Below, one piece after another: positions 48,735 to 63,763 of a DNA stretch of 64,000 nucleotides. The translations under genes and the position numbers were made by a program. Location: assembly GCA_051362555.1 (NCBI GenBank), contig CM120642.1, positions 15,190,001 through 15,254,000 of the forward strand. Direction: 5' to 3'. The DNA is from Lingula anatina (taxonomy: Eukaryota; Animalia; Brachiopoda). Each line of letters starts with the position of its first letter. Position 1 is the first letter of the stretch. Below the pieces are notes generated by a model, which worked only from the letters and a program-made list of their open reading frames with translations, ran no database searches and was not told where the DNA came from.

Positions 48735-48931
48735 GAATCGTATCGTGCGTGTTAACAGAATGAACTGAGCGCATAATGGGGTCAGGCAGTGACGCCTCCT
48801 GATATAAGCACCAACATGTACATGTACCTCAGTTGAGACTACCCCTCTAAGGGAAAATTCAGCATGTGCCGAACGCGCATGTGCGTGAATAAGCTCTGGA
48901 GATTGTTGTCCCCATAAAATATCGTTTGACT
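48735..48931 (+). repeat. Dispersed repeat, homolog of 42829-43000, between copies 4 and 5
   Basis: Same conserved blocks as 42829-43000; absent from the paralogous spacer between copies 3 and 4. Confidence 0.75.
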
Positions 48932-49770
48932 TCACTGATCTCTATTTTAGCGGAGCTCTTTAGTTACACCTGCACCACCCTTCTTTATCCATGTTAATTG
49001 CAAATGAATTCCGCTGTTTTAGGAATCACATGGTGTTTGCAAGGATTGATATCTCAACCAACTTACGTGGTTGTTTGAGTGTCATTACTATCTACATAAA
49101 TATAACACGGATCACCAAGTCATTGCCTATTTTGGGGGAACTCAGAGTCAAATACGAACATCGGTTTGATTTTTTATTCACATATATACACATTTTCATG
49201 TTGTCCACTTGAATGTGAACGCACTGAGTGGTATTGTTCTCTACAACAATCTCAATATTCATATTTAGCTCTGATGCTGTCAAAAGCACACAGGAAAACA
49301 TTTAAAAAAGATGTACAGAAACGCAGTCCTTTAGGGTGACGTCAAAAGAGATAAGAGTGGGTGTTAAACTGATAATTAATTCACACAGTTAAAACTTTAC
49401 GACAGTATAATGTTTGTTTTCGACCACTTGGCTTTATTGGAAGTCTTGTGGTACATTTATGATGTTTGTACACTTAAGAATGCGAAGTTTGGATTTTGTT
49501 CATGTGTATTGCCTAATGTTCCATAGCAGATTTAACATCTGAAAACAATATAATCCATATTGAATCACCTTGTACGAAATATATTAAATTGCTCTTTGGC
49601 TGTTTAGAAATTGCATAGGAAATAAACGGACACCAATCCACGAGCTCATTTAACTCTCTTTTTATCTGATATGCGGGAATGACATCGGAAGTACAACAAC
49701 TAGTGTCAACCACTTCATTGCGGCTGTTACACCGACATACACGGATTAAACAGCACGCAGACTGCTAGTG

Positions 49771-52700
49771 ATGGAATTCGATGATGTGATCCGACGCGTT
49801 GGAGAGTTTGGGAGGACTCAGCTTCGAACGACAATATTTAGTGGTCTAGTGACAATGTCGACAGCCATGCAAATGATGGTAACCGTTTTTATGCAGCAGT
49901 TACCGGCGCATAGGTAAAATAAGTGTCAAATGGCACTGGTTTTAGTAGAGTGTTTTCATATTCTTGAAAAACAAGTCGCTTGCTCTCTTGTCTAATAATC
50001 ATAAATATATCTACTTAAAATCTGCGTTTACGTATGTTTTTCCCATGCACATGTTTTTTTTAATCTTTTGACGTTTTCCATGAAATTAATGCCTATAAAA
50101 ATTCTGTTAGGGGAATAGAAGTGGGTATCGATGATGGGACGTATCACTCCGTGGGTGAAAATTTCTTCAGCTGTGCGATTCACACTGCTAGTGCTATCTG
50201 CAAAATTTGTTTACCCGAAATTGATCTTTGCGATAGGGTTTATCGATGCAGTTCATAGGTTACCTCCGGTGAGATTTTTGTCGCTTTAGACTTGGTGCTG
50301 CGAAACAAATATAAAACTACCGATAAAGTCATAATTTGTAGAAGCCAAATCTCAAATAATTCCCAAGCTGTTGCTGATGTTAAAATCGGGCCCACGTGCG
50401 ATGCCAACATAAAAGCATATGGGGAGGGCTTCGTCTTGATTAGAAAGGGTTGTTAACAAACATTTCGAATTGTCTTTGAAGCATTTCATGATTTTGTCAT
50501 CGTTTACATATGTATCGCAATACTTCACTTTTCAAATAAGCATTGCAAACATAGCCAATGTTTAATTCAGGGCTTATAATGGGATTTGTAATATCTCAAC
50601 AAACTATTTGAAAAAGTGATTACGTCTAGGATGCGCATTTTATAACACTTATAATGTACGCCACTTAACAATTCATGTTTTCAGGTGTGCCATTCCAGAC
50701 TTGGCAAACGATACATTTGAAATCCAGGGTACTTGGCACCAATATCTTATCAACGAAACCATTCCTGTAGACGGGAATGGGGAGTATGAGGGATGTCTGT
50801 GGCGTAGTGGAAATGATTTCGGAAATGGTAGTGTTTTGCCGTGCAAGGACTGGGTTTATGATACATCTGTATTCCCCAAAACGTTTCCTACGGAAGTGAG
50901 TAGCTCATCGGTTTATTATTGTTGCTAAGATGTGATTTTTTTGTGATACACTGTTTGTCACTGTTGGATCTGTAAAATAATTTGGGTACTAAATAACTTA
51001 AATCATGAAACCACCACCACACTTGTTATAACATATTTATATTTTGGATTAATAATGATAGCAACATAATAACTGTTCCTATAACCATCTACAGGCCACA
51101 TATTAAGACCGTTAATATTGCCGTGGTACTTTTCTTTTTGGCCTCGTTGATGTTTGACTTAGTCAGCCATCAGGAAAAACACTTTATTTTTTTTAACAAA
51201 TTGTGCCTGATGATTATACATAACAGTAAATTGTATGTTTTCGACCACTTGATTCTGCGAGTAAAGGCCTTGTCTATGTGGTTCAAATATGGCAATTTTG
51301 ATTGAATCACTGAATATTACACAATGTAGCAGTGCATGGTAGACAGTTGATTGGTAATGTCACACCTGAATACACTAGAGATTGATTGAACCAGAAATGC
51401 TTGTTGAACGAGAAATTGATTAAACTAAATTGAAATGAATGGATAATCTCTGTTTGTAATTTCAGTTTGGCCTATTTTGTGACAGTTCCTTGCTAATAAA
51501 TATGGTAAACGTGGTCTATCTAGCAGGAGTGGCCGTGGGAGCCATTGTCGGTGGTTTGGCAGCAGACTAGTAAGCATGTCGTTAAGCAATTTCATAAAGT
51601 ACATAAGTTGTCAATTTTAAATAAATTACGCCGTTTTTGGATCTTTTAGATCAGGCAGTTTATGCTTGCCTTAATACTCGCAGGATGTTTGTTCAAATAA
51701 AATTGGAGACACAAAGTTATTATATCATCATTCTCTGCTCACATAAACTTTTGGGCTCTTGTATCTCAAACTACAAGACGTTATCTCTTTAACGTGGTAT
51801 TGTAAGCAATAACAAGTTATCAACTGTTCATTAGTATGTCATAAAAAGACTCGCAAATGTAAAATCAAAATAATTAAAGATTTTAATGTATAATTTTTGG
51901 TGTTGAAAAGTTCCAATGCCAATGCAAAAAAAAATAAATAAATAAATAAATAATGATAGGCTGTTGTATTACATATATTAGAATGAATGATGTCAATCCC
52001 CCACGCACTTCACAAAACATTTAATAAGAATTAATCAAATACTGTATATCAGTTAGCAATATTTCCATCTTGGTTGACCACAACAAACCGAAAACATATT
52101 TGCACAGATCTAACCGCGCTTGTGCATGCCAGTGTCATATACGGCTACTGTAGCCCACGGTAGACATAAAACTGTAGCCACAGACGTATTTTCCGAATAT
52201 TGAGAACTCAGGTTATTTGTTTCTTTCATAATAGAAGTACATGTAGTTTCATAACAGTTTCTTTCAAAATTATGCTCAACTTTCGTCTCTGCAGGTATTT
52301 TTATTTCCTCATTTGTATAAATTTCATCTAAAATGATATATATGTATCATTTAATTGTATTCAGAGAATTTCTTTAAGATAAATGGCACTTAGTACATTT
52401 GGTTTGGTGATATATCTAGACTCCATTATAGGGATATTATACGCTTTTCCATTTTTCAATTTCCTGTTTTCAGTATTGGGCGCAAGTGGGTATCCTTCAT
52501 CGCATGTTTGGTACATGGAGTCGGAGGACTGGGAGCCGCTTTCTCACCTAACTACGGGGCTTATGTTGCATTCCGTTTCTTCGTAGGCAGCTGTCACGGC
52601 GTACTTAACAATTCGGTCGTGGTTCTGTGTAAGTAGTCACGAGAAAAAAAAACATTTCTGTGCATATATAACTTTGTTTTTCAATAACGTGTACAGATAC

Positions 52701-53781
52701 TTTTATCGCTTTTAGATACACTTATGAAAAAAATCTTTTTCTCGTTGAATTAAGCGTACTATTTCACTAGTAGATATATGTATGTGACTATATGTAGCGT
52801 ACAATGTATGCAGCGTGCACTGTTTGCAGCGTATACTGCTCTGTTATTTGCTTCTGACCTTCATTCCCTTTGTCGTGTGGAAACTTTTTTCGATTCACTG
52901 CTTGGGTATTCCCCTTACTGTAATTTTAAGTAAAATGTGTATGAAATAATAACATGACGCATTTGCAGGCATCGAATTTGTTTCACCTAGAAGACGCATG
53001 ATATCGGTGTGCACAATGGGAGTATCCTGGGGTATAGGCATGCTGCTTACAACTCCTGTGGCTTATCTCATACGTGACTGGAGATACTTACAGTTGACTG
53101 TGGCCTTGCCACCGTTCTTATACCTAGGCTTCTGGTGGTAGGTTCTGTTTCTCTTTCACTTTTAATTAGGTATTGTGATTTTTGATGCCAGCATTGATAA
53201 AATTAATTTGCAGCACACATACACAAACAAACGAGCCAACATTGGTGTTTTCATATAAAATATGTAAATAAACATACAACATACATGTACGCACTGAAAG
53301 GTGTGTATTATAGTTGTCGAAATTTTATAAGAGGTATCCTAATTTCCAGGATAGTCCCAGAGTCACCTCGCTGGCTGTTATCTCGTGGTAGATACGCAGA
53401 AGCTGAGGACATAGTGCGATGGGCGGCAAGAGTGAATAAGAAACCGATTCAAGGGATCAGCCTGCTCTTCGATGAACATTCTTTGCAAAAGAAACCCTCT
53501 TTAAGTCCTCTTAAAATTTTCCACGCACCAAGACTTGTGGCAAGGACAGCGGTGATAATTTGCGGCTGGTATGATATCAATTTACGCATTTTGAATAGAA
53601 AGGAGGGTACTTTATACTGACGGTTTAAACTGCATATATAGAGAGAAACAGCCATTTTTTCAGAGAAGCGAAATCAGCCATTCGGTGTGGACCTTAGAGA
53701 ATTCTTATCGGGCAAACATACAGCACAATGTTTTATTTATTCATTTTTTATTTTTATTTATTTTTTTTTTATTATTTTATT

Positions 53782-53816
<35 letters not shown>

Positions 53817-55725
53817 TTTTTTTTTTTTTGTCAAATAAGCGCCATACATGATCTGCCACAACAAAACACTGACTTTTTCATTTCACTCTACTAGGTTGAT
53901 TCAAGACATAATACAAAGATTAAATACTAATGAGTTTTTGTTATATTTCAGGATTACAGTTGCAATTTCTTGGTATGGTCTTACGCTAAATCAGGGTTCC
54001 CTAGATGGAGATATCTTTATCAATGCTGTTGTCCTTTCTGTAATCGACCTCATAGCCTACGCGTCGTTGTTCATAGTCAACAAAATAGGTAGAAGAAAAG
54101 CATACTTTGCCGCCATGATGATCTCTGCTTTGTCCATGTTGGCTACAGTACCAGTTCATTTCTTAGCAGACAGAGGTATGATTTAAGCCTGGTTTTCCAC
54201 AAAATCCAGAAATACATTAGTAGTATTTGAGACTTTGGGTTCGTCTTTAATCAAAGGGCTCGGTTTTACGTGAATTAAAATGCGACATGAACGCGCTTTT
54301 AGTTGAGGGATGACAATTGACATGATTTTTAGATATTCACCATTTGGTTGCTTTAGGGGAGGATAATTCTGATTCTTCTTAACAATTCGCATCCAACAGA
54401 ACTTGTTTTAACTAGTTAACTATCAGCACACAAGGTAACCAAACCCCATTTAAAATGTAACAATGACAGGGTTAACATAAGAAAAATATTTTTACAACCC
54501 TAAAACATATGAAAAGGAACGTTACGTTTAAATGCAGAATATGAAAGCCCTTGAGGGCGTCTTTGTCGGTCATTTTGAAAATTGTCACTTTACCAGCCTA
54601 GATGGTTGTTGTGAAAAAAGGTTGTCCCATGGGGTAAGCATCCATTTCTGCCAAAGCCAATGCATGTTAATCAAAAATAGCAGGATTCAGCCAACCATAT
54701 TCAATACAGGTATTGTTGTATGTGATTGCAACATACAGGGTATTTCTACATTTTCAAATGTATTAAAATACACGCACTTTGTATGCTATCCAAAAGTGGT
54801 GGATTTACCGATCTAAATAATGCTCATAGCTCTAATTCTCACTAGACATAGACTTTTTGGCCCATTTTGCCTCTAGAGACACCTGTTCCCCTAAAGTTTT
54901 CCAAAGAGGTTATTATTTACCCTACCGTATTATTTACATCAAAAGGCAAGTGTTGATAATCACCGAAAATAATTTTTGTATCATGTACTATCTACTTTTG
55001 CATCCACCTACACCTACAGAGGAGTTCATTCAGACAACTTAAATAAAGGAAATGTTTATTTGGGCTTCCAATTATCAATTAAAGTGCAAACTATAGTAAC
55101 AAATGTATATTTCAAATGTAAACAGAAGAACAGATGCATGAAACGAAAAATGCTAAAATTGTTCGAGTTTCTCCTGAAGCAGGTAATCATCCTGAATTTC
55201 TAAATGAAGTACATTTACGTTTAATTTTTTGTAATACTGAAATAGAAATACTTAACTATGGCCATACAAGATACTGGTTTTCAGTGGTGAACAAATTGGC
55301 AGCTTAAAGTAAATATATGTAAGTATATGCGTTGCAAAAGTCGTTTAAATGTGAGTTGTCATATTTTTTAACTTCCAAGAACAAATTACAGGGTTTCTAT
55401 GAAATATACATATAGTAAACATATACTTCATACTGCAAACATAATATATTGTCCTTTGTGAGCAATTTCTCACAATATGACATACTTTACCAAAACGTCG
55501 AACAAGCATCCAAAACCGCTTAATCTGTGCATATCGTTAACTTCAGGGGGTATGTACAGGAGGGTTAGATGGTGCGGGGTTAATTATTACATATATTCAG
55601 GGGGTAGACAGAGTCTTTCCTAAACAAAAAAGTGAAATAACACCCCTCCCTCGTTTAAGGCGCCATTTGTAAGGGTTTGTGATGATTGATGATGTTTCTG
55701 CACAGGTCAAGGGTTGTTCGGCTTA

Positions 55726-55791
<66 letters not shown>

Positions 55792-56818
55792 AATTGTTTA
55801 CTTTTAAACTGCCTTCACAACTTAAAATAAATTAATTATTTAACCCTTTGCTTTCTAGCTCATAACCCAAACAGTTAAGCGCTAGGACATACCTAGATAA
55901 AAGCAAACAAGTATATAACTTTTATGAATGTTAATGCGCTATTTCCTTCAATTTTTCAGAAAGTCCTTCAACCAGTGCCGTCTTTACAGCATTGTACACA
56001 ATGGGGAAGTTGGGCGTCAGTAGTAATTTCTGCCTTCTTTTCATGTGGAATGGAGAGTTCTATCCAACAGCCTTACGAAATTTTGGACTAGGTTTAGGAT
56101 GTACATTTGGTCGTGTTGCGGCTATCGTATCACCAATTGTTATGGTACGTTACCCTGTTTCAGTACTGCAACCGTCAAATTACAAGACGTATCATCAGGC
56201 CGCTTGTCTTAGCGGAATTGGAACTCATAGATCACAATCTTTCGACCCTCAGACACTTTACCCTACCCATTTCCCGCCCAGACTGCAAGAACCATTCTGC
56301 ATTCCTTAATCACCCAAATTCCTTTGTTATTTCGTACAAAACTATTTCTTTATCAGCTGTTTATAGATTTATATCGATATTGTTCAAAGCATCAAGTTAA
56401 TAATTTGAATCTATATATTGTTTGACAAGCAATTTTCGCCTTCAATAAGAACCAGTCGTTCATTTTTTGGCTTTAAGTTTTATCTGATTCACGTATTATA
56501 CTTGAACCATATGCAATAAGACTATCTGCTGCTTGGACATTTATAGCAAGCCTGCTCTTTTGGTAGGACCAATTCGGAGAACATCCCGTACTTGGTAACA
56601 CTGTTCCACTGATATTGTTTGGGTGTATGGCATTGTTCTGTGCTTTGAGTGGTCTATATCTCCCTGAAACCGCCCACAAACACCTGCCAGAAACTTTGGA
56701 AGATGCTCAAAACTTTGGAGTAAAACGGTTTGTTATATACTAATCTGTTGATCGACACCTAATCTATATGCCTCTTTTCATTCGGCTGTCTCCTCCTTTC
56801 TCTCACACTTCATCTCTC

Positions 56819-56860
<42 letters not shown>

Positions 56861-57157
56861 ACACACACACACACACTCACACACACACACTGGCACATGC
56901 ATAACTACACTCTCACTTGTCAACATGTGATGTCAAAACAAAACTTTGTTACTTCATATAACACAAAAGATTTGTCCAATATTTCAAATGATTTAGCTCC
57001 TTCTAATACAGTTAATGGGTGTAAAAGCAGAATTCTTCGTACCAAAATGTACCATTGTTGCTTAAAACGGATATATGCTGTAAATTTCAGGAGAAAAAGT
57101 GGCATCAACCAAAACTACGATGAGAATACCTCATCCACATTTGAAATGGCTTCTTAA
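49771..57157 (+). CDS. SLC22: SLC22-family organic ion transporter, tandem copy 5, 545 aa, 10 exons
   Basis: Exons 49771-49913, 50685-50895, 51466-51569, 52474-52628, 52969-53137, 53350-53568, 53952-54175, 55960-56144, 56567-56727, 57091-57157; all GT-AG, frame open. Confidence 0.93.
55729..55786. repeat. (TA)n microsatellite
   Basis: Pure TA run of about 29 units in intron 7 of copy 5. Confidence 0.95.
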
Positions 57158-57834
57158 GGACAACGACTACAGTTTCATGCACGTGGACTAATTTTTAGCA
57201 ATTTTGTATGTTTGGGTCACCGAGCCTGATCCGCTGTAAGCCTAAATCATAATTTATAAAAAATGTGACACGGATGAATGGTAGCAAATTAAAACGTGCA
57301 TTCTTTCGGATTTTCTGTAGTGATTACATGTACCTCACCTCCTTTTAAACAAGTGTTAGCATATGGTTTTTTGACTAGAGATATGTTTGGTAGTGTTATT
57401 TTTTGCATTATTATACCTCTTGTAGAAAAGCAGACCTCTGATTGGCCAGTGACCATTTACTATTTCAAATAGTGCTTTAGTGTTTGGCAAACAAGGTACT
57501 GAAATTCTTTACAGCGTGGCAGACGACTATGACTGTACAAAATATTAAATTCCTCTGCTGCTGGTATCACTTTATACAGAATAATTCAAACCAGAACACA
57601 CGAACGAGATGTTGATTCTAGGCCTATCGTAGAATTAAATAAAACCACGTGCTGCTGATGGCATAAGGTAGCACATTAAAGACATTTTACCAGCGCTCTT
57701 CGGTTACACCTGCAGCTTCTCAAGTTATTCGGTTCAATTGCAAATGGATTCTAGATTCTACTGTTTTTTAAGGTGTGATATGAAGTTTGCATGAATTATC
57801 TCAACCAGCTTACGTGGATGTTTGATTATCTTTA

Positions 57835-57910
<76 letters not shown>
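57835..57910. repeat. Compound (CT)n(AT)n microsatellite
   Basis: CT run followed directly by an AT run in the spacer between copies 5 and 6. Confidence 0.95.
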
Positions 57911-57914
<4 letters not shown>

Positions 57915-58359
57915 CATATTTAGCTCTCATGCTATCAGAAGCAAACAGTTTAACATAAAAGATGCACAGATACGCTTGATTCACACAGTGAAAAACTTTA
58001 CGGCAGTATGTTTGTTTCCAACCACTTGCATTTTATTGTAAGTCTTGCGGTTTATTTATGGTCTTTGAACACTCAAAGTTTAGAGATTGTTAGTGTACTC
58101 TGTCTTATGTCTTACCATGCAGTAGTAGGTTTTATATAAAAAAAGTTTGTTTAGTTATGAATCACCTTGTAAGAAACCTATTACAATGTGTTTAGCTGTT
58201 TAATAAAATTTCAACGGACACCATTCTCTGAACTAATTTAAATTCCGTTCATTTTATCTGACATGAGTGAATGGCGTCGGAAGTGCAACAACCAGTTTTA
58301 AGCACTTTGTAACAGTTGTCGTCAAAATAAAGGACCAATCTGTAGACAGGCGGCTAGGG

Positions 58360-61300
58360 ATGGAATTCGATGATGTGATCCGACGTGTTGGAGAATTTGG
58401 GAGGATTCAGTTTCGGACGACAATATTTAGTGGTCTAGTGACAATGTCGACTGCCATGCAAATGATGGTAGCAGTCTTCATACAAGTGTTACCGGCCCAT
58501 AGGTAAAACTAATTAATATAGGACATTGGTGATAACTGTGTCAGGGCACTGGGTCACATCGGGTCTTATGTACAGAATAGATGGAAAAAATTAACGTCCC
58601 ATTGCACTGAATCTTTCATTTCATTTTCTAGTTTCTAATATGGTTGCCTGCTAATAATTTCGGACAAAATATAAAAAACTGTTAATGAAAAAATCACATG
58701 CCTTCTTGCCTAACGCTCAAGAATGTATCTACCTTTAAATGGGCGTGGATGTACATGTATGTCCATCCCCTGTAATGGTTCTTTTGATGTATTGACTCAT
58801 TTTAACGATACTGTCTATAAAATTAAATAGTTAGAATTGGGCATAGATGATGTGACCTATCACACCTTGGGTGAAAATGTCTTCAACCGTGCGATCTTAT
58901 CTGTGGACTTTGTTTACACACAATTGATCTTGACGATATGGCTGATCTATGCAGTCAATAGGATAAATCAGGTGAATGTTTTTAGTCGCTTTTGAAATGT
59001 TAACGTTGTTACTTACAGTAACACATATCAAACTGCCGATCAAAATTGATACGGTGGAATAGCAGCAATTATCACTAAGGTCATATAATCCAGAAGCTGT
59101 CATGAATGCTGTATGTTAATGTTAAATGCAATGCAAGCATAAAAGAGTGGGGGGGATGGGGTCTCGACTAGACACGTCACAGTCGGTTTCGAACATTTCA
59201 AAAAGTCTTGAAAGCATTAATTTTGTCATCGTTAAAATTTTAATGACAATTAGTTCATTTTGCTATCCTCAGTGCAAACATAGCAAATATAGCCAATCAT
59301 GAAATTCACAATTTTTACTTATATTTGCCTTATCCCACCAAACTGTATACAATGAATACGCCAATAATATGCATGTTATAATACGTATCATGTGCGCCAG
59401 TAAACTGGTCATTTTTCAGATGCGCCATTCCAGGCCTGGCAAATGACACCTTTGAAATCCAGGGTACTTGGCACCAATATCTCATCAACCAAACCATTCC
59501 TGTAGACGAGATTGAGGAGTATGAGGGATGTTTGTGGCGTAATGGAAATTATTCCAGAAACAGTAGCGTGTTGCCGTGCGAGGAATGGGTTTATGATACA
59601 TCTGTATTCCCGAAAACATTTCCAACTGAAGTGAGTACTTTATCCGTTTATTGCTGAAATATACCTTGTAAAAATCTTTTTAGAAGTTGAATAAAAAACT
59701 TTGGAACATGGTTAGACTTGGTTGGACATGGTTTTCTGTATGGTTTTACTCATTACATTAGGGTTGACATTTTTTTGGGATTATATATCACAATGATAAC
59801 GACCATGCTTAACAATACACGTATATGCACCAGCTGTAGTAAAAAATTCGTTGAATTGAAAATCCCTGTTTTCAATTTCAGTTTGGCCTATTTTGTGACA
59901 GTTCCTTGCTAATAAATATGGTCAACGTGGTCTATCTAGCAGGAGTGGCCTTGGGGGCCATTGTCGGTGGTTTAGCAGCAGACTTGTAAGCATGAATTTT
60001 ATAAATTTTATTTTGTACACTCAGTTCATTTCGTACACATTCAATATTCAATCAAACTGACTACACTACCACTGTTTGGATATTTGATGTCATCAGACAT
60101 CATGCTGTTTAATTTTTCAGTAAAATCTGTGTCGTTCAAATGCACTTGAAAATGAAAAATTAGCATATCAGCATTTTATGCTTACATATGAGCTAGAGCT
60201 CTTGTCTCAAACTACAAGGCGTTATCTCTTTAAACAGCATCGAATGTAAGGCGCATTCCCACCAGGACTGTAGTCCAGTCGCGGATGTATAACCAATATT
60301 AGGCCTATATTTCGATGAGCTTATGGTTCATTTTTTTTTTTTTTTATTTTAATTTTAGTCATTCAAAATGAGAAATTTAGATATTCATTCAGTTACCAGG
60401 TATGTTTTCGTTTTGCAGCATTGGTCGCAAGCCTGTATCTTTTATCGCCTGTTTGGTACATGACGTAGGAGGATTGGGAGCTGCTTTCTCACCTAACTAC
60501 GGGGCTTATGTTGCATTCCGTTTCTTTGTTGGCAGCTGTCACGGAATTCTTATCAATTCTGTCGTGGTTTTGTGTAAGTAACCACGTCAAAAATCGTGTC
60601 TATGCCAGTAACATTTGTTGTTCAATGACGCGTAGAGCGTGTCTATGCCAGTAACATTTGTTGTTCAATGACGCGTAGAGCCTACTGGCCACATCTTATT
60701 GCCACTTTCATGTATAGAGATAAACTTTTTTTTCACGTTTGAAAGCGTAAGTTGATATGCCAGTAAAATGTTATTTTTAACTATAGAGCGTACTTGGTGT
60801 GTTAGCTGCGTCCAGCCTTTAATCCCTTGCTGCGTGGAAACTTTTGTTCGATTCACTGTTAGGATATTCCCCATTCTGCAACAACAATTGAAATTCCAGT
60901 GATACAATGTAACATTACACTTCCCTTTGCAGGTATAGAATTTGTGTCACCAAGAAGACGCATGGTATCCGTGTGCACATTAGCAATGTCCTGGGGTGTA
61001 GGATTGGTGCTTACAACTCCTGTGGCTTACCTAATACGGGACTGGAGATATCTACAGTTGGCAGTGGCCTTGCCATCATTCTTATATCTAGGGTTCTGGT
61101 GGTAGATTGTGTTTTTCTTTTGCTTTAGAAATTGGGATTTTTGGGTCTATCCATTGAAGATATGTAATTTGCAGCACACACAAAAAAGGCCGTGTATCGT
61201 GTTTGCATGTGAAAGTGCAATAATAAACACACAGTCACTGGTGCACAGCCCTGCAAAGATGCAAGCATGAACGTATTGAATGGTATGTAATTAGAGTTTT

Positions 61301-63763
61301 ATAAATTTCAAAAGAAGTACCTTTATTTACAGGATAATCCCGGAGTCACCTCGTTGGCTGTTATCTCGAGGTAGATACAAAGAAGCCGAGAGCATAGTCC
61401 GATGGGCAGCTAGAGTGAATAAAAGGGCGATTCCAGAAGTCGTTCAACTCTTGGATGAACGTTCATTGAAAACGACCCCCACTTTAAGTCCTCTAAAAAT
61501 TGTCCACGCACCAAGACTAATGGCGAGGACGGCAGTTGCCGTATGTGGCTGGTATGTGTCCATTTTACTCCTTTTTGAATAGGTCCAAGTGTACTTTACC
61601 TGCGGAGACATGTGTAGGTGAAAATCACCCAGTTTAATGTCAGGGAAGCGAAGTCAGCCTCTCTGTGTGGGTCTTATTGATCGTAGATACTTCAGATCGG
61701 TGACATATACGGTACCGTTAAATAATTTTGGAAAACACGTGCAATGATGTGCTACAAGAGCTCTTACTAAATATACACTAACTCTTTTGTTTGGTTGATA
61801 AAACATATAAAATGATGCCCACGTAAAATTATTTTTCAGGATTACAGTAAGCATGTCGTGGTATGGTCTTACACTTAATCAAGGTTCCCTAGATGGAGAC
61901 ATATTCATCAATGCTCTTGTCCTGTCTGTTATCGACCTCATAGCTTACTCATTGTTGATATTCATCAACAAAATTGGTAGAAGAAAAGCATACTGTGCCG
62001 GCATGATGATCTCTGCTTTGTCCATGTTGGGTACAATTCCGGTTCATTTCTTTGCAGACAGAGGTAAGATTTAAACCTGGTTTTGTGCCAGTATCAAAAT
62101 ATATTAGTATTTTTAGTTACCGACAGATTCGATGGGTTTACAAGTCATATTCATGAGCGTCTTTTCATGCGTCATTTGGAATTACTGTATGTATGACACA
62201 ATCTGTATGCTTACATAGATTTTAATAATTATGCTAATCAGATAAAAGATTGCTCGACTTATTGTGCATATAGGCAGTTGGTTATTTACATTCCAACTGC
62301 CTTCACACATCTTTATTTTTAAGATTGGGTTTGTTGTATGCGTACATGGACACGTCCTATTTAATAAGTGTTGTTTTTTTACCCTAGATGAATGTTGAAC
62401 CTAGATAAAATTAAATCGGTTGCCTTCACGAATGGAATGTTTTTTATCAATGTTTCAGAGAGTCCTTCGACCAGTGCCGTCTTTACGACTTTGTACACGA
62501 TAGGGAAGCTGGGCCTTAGCGGTTGCTTCAGGCTTCTTATCGTGTGGAATGGGGAGTTCTATCCAACAGCTTTGCGAAATTTTGGACTAGGTTTAGGTTC
62601 TACATTTGGCCGTGTTGCGGCGATTGTTTCACCAATTGTTATGGTACGCTACCCTGTTTCAGTCTTGTAACCGTCAAATGATATAACTATGTAGTATTCT
62701 CCCCTAAAAAGTGTTACCCCACCGCATTTATGTATATTGTTACAAGAGTACTTACTGTTACTATTACGTTATAACTAGGCTACCGACCGAAGTGTAAAGT
62801 GGGAATGTGAGTAGTAGAACATTGAATAAGACTATTGAATATAACCGCTACACCAGTTCTTTTAAATATTGGGGTCCTAAGTGAGGAGGATACATTTTTG
62901 ACCATAATGTTGACAAAGGCTGAAGTTTTGATCCGCTAAATTGTAAAGTTTCATGAGATTTAGAACTCGACTTTAAAAAGAATGGGACAAATCATTTCCC
63001 GTCAGAAGGTGTTTGCACAATTACTGTCACGTTGAAAATGGCCAACAGGGGGATAGCCATGCAAACAAAAATGTTTTTTACTATATTTTGCACTGTATGT
63101 AGAACGCTATCACTCCGCAAACATTACAGAAATTTTGACTCCACGTACAGACACTTCTGACTCAGCGACCCAACCATCTGGCAATTTGGCGATTCAAAAC
63201 TCCCTCCTTTGTCAGCCAGCTGCTTGGTTAATTAAACTCTTATTATTTGAAATATAATCTGTATTTCAATGATCACGGTAGTTAGGTCAATCTTCTTTTA
63301 CTCGGATCCCCAATTTACACGAAGATCGGTTGTTATGCAATAGTTTTTATGCAACAATAGCTGTAATGCAATAATAAGATGGGTGACCTACATGTAGAAA
63401 CTGTTTAGAAATGCGATAGGGGTGACAATTTCGCTACGGGAGTATATATACATTATTTGACAGTTTTTAAAATTCATCAATTAAAACTAAGCTTTCATAT
63501 ATCCAAAAGCCCATTAAGTTTAATCATATTCAAGTATAAAATTTCATCTAATACGATAATTTGGTTCTTGGCCATTAAAAGGAAGATTTCTCATTTTGAT
63601 AGGACCAACTAGGGGGACATCCAGTTCTTGGTAACACTGTCCCTCTGATATTGTTTGGCTGCATGGCATTGTTCTGTGCTTTGAGTGGTCTATATCTCCC
63701 TGAAACCGCCCACAAACACCTGCCAGAGACCTTGGAAGATGCTCAAAACTTTGGAGTAAAACG
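58360..63763 (+). CDS. SLC22: SLC22-family organic ion transporter, tandem copy 6 (exons 1-9; last exon expected beyond the window)
   Basis: Exons 58360-58502, 59420-59630, 59882-59985, 60419-60573, 60933-61101, 61333-61551, 61840-62063, 62459-62643, 63603-63763; sizes identical to the paralogs, frame open. Confidence 0.9.
60595..60680. repeat. Perfect 43-bp tandem duplication in intron 4 of copy 6
   Basis: CGTGTCTATGCCAGTAACATTTGTTGTTCAATGACGCGTAGAG repeated twice without mismatch. Confidence 0.95.

Noticed and set aside
58267-58359. 31-codon N-terminal extension of copy 6
   Set aside because: It starts at GTG, and the region is the upstream block shared with paralogs where the frame is not conserved; the homologous ATG is at 58360.
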